The translations under genes and the position numbers were made by a program. A DNA stretch of 64,000 bases. Origin: Sminthopsis crassicaudata (Eukaryota). Under the pieces are notes generated by a model that made no database searches, was not told the DNA's origin, and saw only the letters and a list, made by a program, of their open reading frames with translations. The stretch covers positions 397,300,067 to 397,364,066 of the forward strand of contig NC_133617.1 in assembly GCF_048593235.1 (NCBI RefSeq), in the 5' to 3' direction. Below, in pieces: positions 29,191-39,500 of this stretch (the stretch's first letter is position 1; every line of letters starts with the position of its first letter).

Positions 29191-29435
29191 TGCTATGCTA
29201 ACTTTTTCCTTTTTTTTTTCTTTTGTGGTTCCCCCTTTTGTTCTGATTTTTCTCTTCCAACACGATTCATAAAAAAAGAAATTTTCTGTCTGTATCATCT
29301 CAGATAAGTAATTTTTTAAATCATAAAAAAATGCGTTCCAAATACCAGTCTAAATAGTCTTTTCAGAGAATTCCCCAAATTAAACTCTAGCCCTCATCTT
29401 TCCCAAGATACAGACTTTATATGTTTTCTATGTAA

Positions 29436-32400
29436 TGAAATGGACGGACATGAGATAGGCAGCTTAGACCAAATTGTGTAATTTAAAGCATCATTTATTA
29501 GCCGGCTGGTGAGTGACCCCACTAGACAGGCTAGTAGAGATCAGCCCCGAACCTTTAGCGAGGCACACTTTTAAGCCTGTTTGCCACATCCTAGGACAGC
29601 TTTGTGGTTACAAATTTCAAAAATCACTGACACAGTTTCTTGTTTACAATGGGGAAGTGTCTGGATGAGAGTGAACACACAACGGAACCTGTTGACATGT
29701 TTTGCAATTTTGTCCTGACTCTGTTAGATACATACTTCTCAGAAAGTCTAGGGTCTCATGAACCAGGGGATGGGGCCCAGTCTGAACATAACACTTCCCT
29801 TAATTTAGTGCTTTAAGGGAAAAAGTTTCCTGTCAGTTTAAATAGCCAAGTTCTATTTACTTACAAAGTAGTAAGTTAAAGGTTAAAAAGTTTAAAATCA
29901 CAAGCAAATTTTCAAATAACCAATTCCCAAATTTCTTAACCATTGTTCTTGAAACTTAACAAAGCTTTTAAATCAGCAAAACAGACTAGGGGCTTCTCTT
30001 GGAGAGAAATTTGTTTCATCCTGAACATTTTTCCCTCCCAGAATCCAAACGGAGCCTCTTTAAACTTCCAAACCTGTTTAGTGCATTTCTCTGTCTTCAC
30101 AGAGAATGCCTAGATATTCTTTTATTTATTTTTTAAATTAATTTTATAATTATAAAATTTTTTTTGACAGTACATATGCATGAGTAATTTTTAAAATAAC
30201 ATTATCCCTTGTATTCATTTTTCCAAATTTTTCCCTCCCTCCCTCCCTCTACTCCCTTCCCTAGATGACAGGCAATCCCATACATTTTACATGTGTTACA
30301 GTATAACCTAGATACAATATATGTGTGTAAATCCAATTTTCTTGTTGCACATTAAGTATTAGATTCCGAAGGTGTAAGTAACCTGGATAGATAGAGAGTA
30401 GTGCTAACAGTTTACATTCAATTCAAGTAGTTGTTTCTGTCCATCATTGATCAACTGGAAGTGAGTTGGATCTTCTTTATGTTGAAGATATCCACTTCCT
30501 CATACAGTATTGTTGTTGAAGTGTACAGCGATCCTCTGATTCTGCTCATTTCACTCAGCACCAGTCCATGTAAGTCTCTCCAAACCTCTCTGCACTCATC
30601 CCACTGGTCATTTCCCACAGAGCAACAACACTCCACAACCTCCATAAACCACAATCTACCCAACCATTCTCCAATTGATGGACATCCATTCATCTTCCAG
30701 TTTCCAGCCACCATGAAAAGAGCTGCCACTAACACTCTGGCACACACAGGTCCCCTTCCTCTCCCCAGTATCCCTTTGGGATACAAGCCCAGCAGTATCA
30801 CCGCTGGACCAAAGGGCATGCACAGTTTGATAACTTTTTGGGCATAGTTCCAAATTGCTCTCCAGAATGGCCGGATTCTTTCACACCTCCACCAACAATG
30901 CATCAGTGTCCCAGTTTTCCCACATCCCCTCCAACATTCATCATTATCTTTTCCTGTCATCTTAGCCAATCTGACAGGTGTGTAATGATACCTCAGAGTT
31001 GTCCCAATTTGCATTTCTCTGATCAGTAGTGATTTGGAACACTCTTTCATATGAGTGGAAATAGTCTCAATTTCATCATCTGAGAATTGTCTGTTCATAT
31101 CCTTTGACCATTTATCAATTGGAGAATGAATGCCTAGATATTCCATTCAAACTTCTTTTCTTTAAATGTTAGCATACTGCTCTTTATATATATATATATA
31201 TATAATATATTTTTTTTAAACTTTCTAAACTTTCAAATCCCTTTCAATCTGTTTTTATTTCTTCCCTTCTCTCCCTTTTCCTGAGAGAAAGAGATTTTTT
31301 TCAAACTTCTTTCCTTGCCTGAGCCACTCTTGAAAGAATTACTACTCTGAATGAATTCCTCTTCAAACAATTCAGCCTGATATTTTTCTAAGCCTGCAAC
31401 ACAGAGGCTGAATTCTTATCTCTTACAAGCTTGCTAATTTTTTTTTAACACAGAACAAAATGCAAAGCAAACAAACATATACACACAGACACACGCAGAG
31501 CTCTATTTTCACCTTTTATTTTTAAAAAATTCTGTTGCTTTTGCTTATGAATTAGTGTAACAGATTAAAAATGGGCATTTTTATCTTAAATCTTTAACAG
31601 GGCTCTTCAAGCAAACAGACAAACAATCATACAGGACACACAGGGCAAAGACCACAACCAACAGAATGGACAGGCAAATCACACAGAATACCCAGGACAC
31701 AGACTGCAACCAACAGACCAGGCAGACTAATCACACACATACAGAACACGGAACACATATTACCAGGGAACCAGATTAGACTGGACTATCACACAGCGTC
31801 CTGTGGAGGTCAACAAGGGCTTTGATGTTGCATCCAACTTAGCCACTTGTTTCAGGAGTACTCACCAGACCAGACAGATGGCTGCAGGGACCCCTCAGAA
31901 TCTTATTAACCAGAACTGGCTTTTAGGATGCTCTGTGCCAATTTTGGACCGAATTCAAAATTTGGTCCACACAAAGAAATTTCTGGAAACTGGGGCCAAG
32001 GAACATCTCTCAGTGGCCACCCCCTAGGATTCATAACTTCTTTTGCCCTCCAGGGAGAGGGACTGGCGGTCAGACTGAGCCAAAGGCTTATCTCGGTGGA
32101 ACCTCCAAATGAAATAGACGGACATGAGATAGACAGCTCTGACCAGATTATCCAATTTAAAGTATCATTTATTAGCCGGCCAGCCACTGACACCCCTAGA
32201 CTGGCTAGTAGAGATCAGCCCCGAACCTTTAGTGAGGCACACTTTTAAGCCCGTTTGCCACATCCTAGGACAGCTTTGTGGTTACAAATTTCAAAAATCA
32301 CTGACACAGGTTCTTGTTGGAGAAGTGTCTGGATGAGAGTGAGCACACAATGGAACCTGTTGACATGTTTTGCAATGTTGTCCTGACTCTGTTAGACACA

Positions 32401-32461
32401 CACTTCTTGGAAAGTCTAGGGTCTCATGAACCGGGGGATGGGATCCAGTCTGAACATAACA
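29436..32461 (-). mobile_element. Non-coding two-LTR endogenous retrovirus (gammaretrovirus/ERV1-like): 5' LTR 32110-32461, PBS(Gln) 32090-32107, 3' LTR 29436-29793
   Basis: Two ~355-bp direct repeats, roughly 90% identical by eye. U5 end reads TTTCA-TT followed by TGGAGGTTCCACCGAGAT, the exact complement of the tRNA-Gln 3' 18 nt. PPT-like AAATTAAGGGAAG precedes the 3' LTR. TC/GT-rich leader with donor GTGAGT at 31860-31865. No gag/pol/env ORF. Confidence 0.88.
30120..31127 (-). mobile_element. 5'-truncated L1 (ORF2 C-terminus + 3'UTR) inserted into the ERV internal region
   Basis: L1 ORF2 end (HSPIDKWSKDMNRQF...HCWWRC...). 16-bp TSD GAATGCCTAGATATTC at 30104-30119 and 31128-31143. Confidence 0.92.
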
Positions 32462-32889
32462 CTTCCCTTAATTTAGTTTAAGCAACATTTTCCTATAAGT
32501 CTGAGGCCCCTTGACCTAGGGATGAAGGGGCCAGTCTTTTGTCCATTTCAATTGTTATACCTGGAATTTACATCTCAAATTAAATTGCAAGATTGGACTC
32601 AACTTAACTCCTGCCACCAAACTTATCCTTTCCCCTGACTCTCCTGTTTCTATCTAATGACATCACCATTCTTTTAGTCATCTAAGCTTGAAACCTTAGG
32701 ATCATTTTTTTTTTTTTTACTCTTTGTTTTTCACTCCATCCCTTCTCTCTTCTCGCCATCCTTCAGCCTCCAAAAAGATCTCAAATCCCGTCAATGTAGT
32801 TGAAAGAGCATAGATTGTGGAGTCAGAGGGCTTGAGTTCAAATCCCACCTCAATGATCTAGGCAAGTCACAAAAATTTTTGTAGTAACC

Positions 32890-33255
32890 TGTTGAGGATC
32901 ACAAATAGTGGGGAACCGTGGGTGAAGTATGACCCTCCAGCCCAATAAGGAACCTTGCTGACATATCTGGTTTGGCTTTCCATCTTCCCCTAAGGGCATC
33001 TTAGCTTTCCTGAGAAGTCAAAGGGGTATGGCAATCTGTGTTGTGCTTGAAGCAGAGTTATACTGAAGTGGGAAACACCTGTCCATGATAATAAGTTGGT
33101 CCATGGTTACAAGGTATATAAAATGGAAAGCTGTCTTGATTAAATGGATTCCTGCTTGAACATCCTCCTGACTCCTGCCTCATCCATCACTCCTCAGCAG
33201 ATATCAGGGCTCAAGTTGGTCCTAAAATCCTCCCTGGAGTAGAATTAGACATTCA
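32890..33255 (+). mobile_element. Probable solo LTR, different family from the adjacent ERV
   Basis: TG...CA ends, TATATAAAA at 33115-33123, ATTAAA at 33139-33144, flanked by taacc/gaacc (5-bp TSD with one mismatch). Confidence 0.6.
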
Positions 33256-33286
33256 GAACCTGGGCTAATCCTGAAGTCTTCCCCTA

Positions 33287-33912
33287 GCCCTCTTTGTAGT
33301 GGCAAGAACTGGAAACAGAGTGGATGCCCATCAGTTGGAGAATGGCTGAATAAATTGTGGTATATCAATGTTATGGAGTATTATTGTTCTGTAAGAAATG
33401 ACCAGCAGGATGATTTCAGAGAGACCTGGAGAGACTTACATGAACTGATGCTGAGTGAAATGAGCAGAACCAAGAGATCACTATATACAGCAACAAGAAA
33501 ATTATGTGATGATCAACTGTGATGGACATGACTCTTTTCAACAACCAGGTGATTCAGACTAGTTCTAATGGTCTTATGATGGAGAGAATCATCTGCATCC
33601 AGAGAGAGGACTGTGGGGACTGAGTATGGATCTCACTTTTTGTCGTGGTTGTTTGCTTGGTTTTTGCTTCCTTTTTCCTTTTTTTTTTTTTTTTTCTTTT
33701 TGATCTGATTTTTCTTGTGCAGCAGGAAAATTGTGGAAATGCATATAGAAGAATTGCATATGTTTAACATATATTAGATTACCTGTCCTCTAGGGGAGAG
33801 GGTGGGGAGAAGGAAGGGAGAAAAAAAAAATTGGAACCAGAACAGGATTTTTCAAGAGTGAATGCTGAAAATTATCCATGCATATATTTCGAAAATAAAA
33901 AGTTAAAAAAAA
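33287..33912 (+). mobile_element. L1 3' end fragment
   Basis: ORF2 terminal sequence (ctctttgtagtggcaagaactggaaa...) plus 3'UTR and A-tail. Confidence 0.8.
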
Positions 33913-36900
33913 ACTTATGGGGGCCTCAATTTCCTTGTTAAAAAGGAAAAGTATCTGTTAAAAAAAAAAAAAAGTGGTTGTACTAGGTGACTCTGGAAGT
34001 CCCTTCTAATTCATCTATGATCCTGCCACCATAATGCTTATTCCATCATCTTAAGTTAATTCATCTGTCTCTACTCTTTTCCCTCTCCAATCTTTTTTCT
34101 GGTATACTGTGCCAATCATCTTCCTTATGCATAAATTTAGACAGATTATTCCCCTGCTCAAAATACGTCAAGAAATTCCCCATTGCCTGCCAAATAAATT
34201 TCAAACTCTTCTCTCCTGGCATTCAGGGTTATTCAGAGTCTAACTTCAATCTCCCTTTCTAGCCTTATTTCAGGCTACCTCTGGGAGCCCAAATCTGCCA
34301 AAACTGATGACTCTTCCTTTCCAATCAGAGCACCATCATTCATTTCCTGCTACTTTAAATCTAACTCCACCCCCACCTCCCATTCCCTGCCTGGACGTCC
34401 CTCTAGTGTCCTCTTCTCAGCTAGTCCAAATCCTACACACATTCCTGGCCTAGTCCTGATCTTCTCTAGAAAAGCTTTCCTGACACTCACACTGATCTTT
34501 TTCTGAACCCCTGTGGCACTTAATGACACACTCTTTCTTTGTCTCTGTCCCTCTCTGAGTTTGTCTCTCTGTGTCTTTGTTTTTCTTTCTCTGTATGTTT
34601 TTCTGTGTGTCTCTCTGTCCCTGTCTCTCTTCTCTTTTCCTTTCCCTTTTCCCCCTTCTTTATGTTTTATTTCTCTCTATTTCTTTTTCTCACTTTGTCT
34701 CACTGTCTCTGTCTTGCCTTTTATAGTCTCTTGTTTTGGCATCTTAGAATCTTCTCACCATCAGTTCTCTTGATTTCTTCTCGAAATTTTAAAATCAATT
34801 TAAACTTGAGGTGTTTTGTGGTTAGGAAATCAGCCAAACAAAAAAGTGACCAAACCACGTATTGCTTGAGTTGTGAGGGGGAAAAGGCACCCCACAATTA
34901 AATAATTCGCTTTATCTAGAAGACAGCCTTTTTGTGGGGGATGAGGAAACTTTGGCTCTATCTTAACATAGCTTCTGAGTCAGTGTATAACCACCAAGTC
35001 AAAGAATGGTTGGATTAGATGTTATCTAAAGTACTTTTCAGCTGTAATATTTTCAAGGTCCCTTCCGGATCTAACATTCTAGGATTAATTATCCCTAATT
35101 AATTTATGGGAACGAGGCAAGATTATTATTGAGGAGTCAATTTAGACTTTTAGAGGGGAAGTGATTTGGCCACAAGCACATTGTAGCAGAGCTAGACTTG
35201 AACCCAACTCTTCCAACATTCTGCTCAATGTATTGAACTACCTTAGTAAACAGATTTTGGGAGATTAACAGGAAGAGATCCTCCAGAGCTTTGAAAAATA
35301 ACAAAATATGCTTAGTTTGTGAGTCCTTGACTCTTTACCTGTGTATGTAATCATTTTCAGTGAAGAAGGCAACCCGAATGTCTGCACTAATCATGATAAA
35401 TGGAAAGTTATTTGAGTTCTCTTTCTCTATTTTTAAAAAGGATCTGAGTATTTACTTTATTAAGGAGCTGAGTGAGTTCTAATGAGCGGCAAAGTGCAGG
35501 CAGCAATTGTAGACAACACTTAGAATTTTGTCAGTAAAAGACAAAAGAGAACGGAAGGATGGCAGCTGAAAGGAGCAGGGCAGTTTCACTCCTTTCAACT
35601 TCTTCCCTAACCAACCCCATCCCCATTAGTGGTCGTGGTTTGGCCCTTCCCCCCACCTCTTTCCCAGAAACACTCAGCTTGTCTATATTGATCTGGAATG
35701 GCCAACTGGCAGGACGAGCTGGAATCCCACATCTTGAAGAGGGCTTAGGGTTCCTGGAGAGATCTGGGAGTTGGTGGACCAATCCAACACTGGCTGCCTG
35801 AGAGAGGAAGATGGCACTAAGGACAGAATCTCTTTCTCTCCTTTCTCTATCTCCCTGTCTCCTTTCTCTCTTCCCCTCCTTTCCTGTGTTCTGCCCTCTC
35901 CTCTGAGTTCTTGTAAAGCAGAACTAAGCTCTGGTTTGGGGATTTTCAATAAGAGGATGCAGGAAAGCTGAGGAAGGGAAACTGAGAAGATTCAAGAAAT
36001 CTGGACCTATCAGGGGTAGGGAGAAGTTGGTGGGAGGGGGAGGGGTATAGCTATCTAGGAGACCCCAGAGAAGAAAAGGTATTGAGGCTTGAGAGATAGC
36101 CCAAAAGAAAGGCAGTGCCCCACCCAGAGTCCTTATTGAGGTAGCTCTTAGAAAAACCCTCGGATTTCTCAGTAACAAAAGAACTAGACTTCCTACTAGT
36201 TGGGGGATGGGTAGCAGCCAAGTGTCTGGTTAGACTAGTAACTCTGGTCTGACAGTTAGGAAATATGTTTGCAGCCCAGGCAAGGCAGCTGCTGGATTTG
36301 TATGATCAGCCTTGGGTGAGATCTTTTCTGATTCTCAGATTCCATCTCTGTAAAAAGGAGGATGATCTCTCTGATCTGCTCACCTGCCTCTAAGGCAGTT
36401 ATGAGACAAGACACCAGATTGATGGTAGGTAGTAATAGTGTAGGAGAAGTGGGCTCAGACAGTTATCCAAATTGAGGGCAGACTCAATTCTGTTCAGTTT
36501 GAAGATCCCAGTGATTAATCCTATGTCTGTCCCTATTTTCTTCTGTAAAAAAGGGTGAGGGGGAGGTGGACACTGACCAGATGGTTTTTAAGAGGCTGTC
36601 TGGCTCTCATAACCCCTAAGTGGGGATGCACTTGTGTCTGTGCATATGAGGTCCTGTGGTGGGTGCTGAGAGGCAGCCAGAGCCCAGTAAAACTTGGCCT
36701 CTTTCTTAATAAAACTCACAGCCAAGTTGGGGGGAGGAGTTGGTACACATACTTGTGTAACTATGACACACATTCGTAGGGCCTCTCTGTACCTTGAGTA
36801 AGGAAAGGGTTGCAAGTAGAGCAATATAGGATGTTCAAATAGGAGAGGTAACCACACATAACAATTACCCTCAGCAGGGGAGAGATACTATCAGAGGCTT

Positions 36901-38199
36901 GTCAGAGAGAATTTGGATTTATTTGTTTATGGAGTCTGTCTAGGGCAGAAATGGGGGAGATAGATCGCCCCAGTAAGAGAGGACCTAACTCCCCCATCAG
37001 CTCAGCCCTAGGTTTCCCTGGCTCTTGTATGCAAATGTCTGTCATATCTGTCACCTTAACTTTATTTTTGTGGTCCCTTCATTGTTTCTTATTGTCTCTG
37101 TCCCCTTTCCCTCTCCACTGTGTCTACATGTCTGCTTTTCTCTTGTCTCATTGTCTGTTTCAATTTCAGTTTCTCTAACTCTGCTGTTTCTCCCTCACCC
37201 CTTCCTCAATTTCGTCCAACAAATCCAAGAGTCATCTTGACAATGATGATAGAGTACCCTGAGGTCCGACAGAGAGCTAGAATGACTCTGAGATATTTGA
37301 AGAGGAAGCGAGTACTTGCGGGTACATGTGACGTTAGGGGCTGGGGGGAATGGCAGCAGTGGGTCCGGTCTTGAAGAAGCAAGGAAAGGATCTCTGTAGC
37401 TGGATCTGAGTAGGAAGTGCATCTCTTCCTTTCATTGGTGCCTCACTGCCACTCTCCGTGTCTCATTTGAACCATTTGTATGGAAAGTTCAGACGGACTG
37501 CTGCCAGACCACAACCAGAGGAGCAGACACAGAAAATGAAGGGGGAGGAGGGATAAGAGAAGCTCCAAATGTATCCTGGAGAATGAACACTCAGAAGAAG
37601 GTACCTTTAAGGGAGCAACATAAGGAAACCAAAGGGGGAAAAGAGATGAATGGTTCTCTTCCACATTTTTCCATATGCTTCACTTTTGGGGGAGGTGAGT
37701 ATCTAGATGAGGGACACTACTGGTGTTAGGGAGTGCTGCTCCCCTCTTAGGACCAGTGTCCATTTCCCAGGCTCTCTCTGTCTCTACCTCCCCCTTTCAG
37801 GGCTTTCCGATTCCGGGTACCTAACATCTTCATACATTATCTCCGGCTAATGGACTCCCCTCCCCCCTCCAAGAGCCTAGGTTTTCCAGCCCCTGATTCC
37901 TTTATCTCCTCTCCCTGTTCTCCAAGCAATTACCGGCACCCCAAGGTCCCTTTCAAATCCAAGATTCTGGGACCTAGTCTTCCTGATTCCTTAAGTCTTT
38001 CCCCTCCCTCATCTCAGTTGTTCTCCATCTCCTCTCCCCACCTTTCCCGTCCCAGCCCCAAATCCCATAGTTCTCTTACCTAGCCTTGGCCTCCAGCCCT
38101 ATTTTCTCTCCTGCCTTACCTCTCCCTCCGAGGACTCAGCCTTTCGCCCATTTATTGTCTCCTTCACTCCCAGTCTCTCTTCCCAAATCCCCAATCATC

Positions 38200-39500
38200 T
38201 TCGGGCTCAGCCCCACCTTTGAAGTTCCCAAATCACTGCTTACCGCCGAGCTAGGGAAAGTGGGCCATTTCCCCTTCACTCCACCCCAGTGCGATGCTGT
38301 AACCCGCCTTGCCCCGCCCCGCCCCACTCGACACTGCACTGTCAGTCCGCGGACCCCTTAGTGTCCAGGACTTTTCGGACCCCTCAGCCTCGGTCCCTGG
38401 ATACCCCGAAGACATCAGCAATTTGGTACCTGAGTCAACCTCAGCTGCCCTGCCGAAAAGCCAGAACAGGGGTCGGCTGGGCGGGGTGCTCCCTCTCTGA
38501 CAACCCCTTTTCTGTTATTTAGGCTGTCCCCCCTCTCCTCCATCACTCTTTCCTTTCCTCTAATTTCAAGAGCCTGGCCTGAGCCAGGGTCATGTGGCTA
38601 CGAGAGCGTCCTGTCCTTACCCTGCTACTGCTACTGCTGCTACCGTTCCCGGCCCCTGCCCGGACCCTGGAGCCCTCTGCTCAGGATGTCAGCCTGAGCG
38701 TGGTGAGTACGGGACAGGACGCCGGGTCCCGGGGCCGGGGAGAGGGAAGCTGGGGCCTGATTCGGCGGGGTCCGGAGTGAGAGCAACGGAAGCTGCGGTC
38801 CTTAGACATCTGGGTCTAGGAGATGGCGAGGTGGAGATGCTAGTGCGGGACGCGCAGAGGCAAGCACAGGTGCTTTACGCAGATCGTAGGGAAAAGGGTC
38901 GCGGAGGGTGGCGAAGCCCTTAAGTGAACAGAAGTGAGGTAGAAGCAAGGATCTAAAAAGGACAGGGAAGAGCAGGAGTCCGGGACATCTGGGGCAGGGA
39001 GGGTGGGAGAAAGAAATTGGGATTCTGGACGTCGGGATCGGGAATAGGGAGAGAGGTGTGGGACTCGCTGTTCAGGAGAGTATTAAAAGTGAGATGAGAA
39101 GTAGGATCTCGGGGAGTAGAAAGATAAAAGCTAGGGTCTGGAGGGGAGAAGGAAAGCTGGGGGGGGACATCTCGGTCCAAGAAGGAGAGGGAAGCTGGAG
39201 CCCTGAACGCCGGGGTCACAGAAGGGAAAGAGCGAAGTTTGAGGAACCAGTGGAAAGACGTGAACTGGCATTCCCGGAGTCTGGAAGTGTCTGGGGTTGG
39301 CACAGTATTCCAGAAGACGAGAGGGACCAGAGAAGATACGGGGACCGCGGTCGGGGAAGCGAGAGTTCGAATCGGCGGATAAGCGTGCGACAAACAGCTC
39401 CGGAGGGCACGTCAGGATCCTGGGCGGGGGGCGGGGGGGGGGGAGGGCGCGGGTCTCTGATCCTTGCCTGGAAGGTGAGGCAGCTAGGGGGAATTACCCT
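38200..39500. promoter_or_regulatory. CpG-rich promoter / first exon region of MMP25
   Basis: Tandem GC boxes (gccccgccccgcccc ~38311-38325) and CpG enrichment around exon 1 and into intron 1. Confidence 0.55.

Noticed and set aside
30451-31146. 231-aa ORF, and similar ORFs at 52258-53655
   Set aside because: Fragments of L1 ORF2 in 5'-truncated elements, not host genes.
32090-32107. Perfect match to the 3' end of tRNA-Gln
   Set aside because: Only 18 nt including CCA and abutting an LTR, so it is a retroviral primer-binding site, not a tRNA gene. The SINE heads are likewise tRNA-derived but are not tRNA genes.
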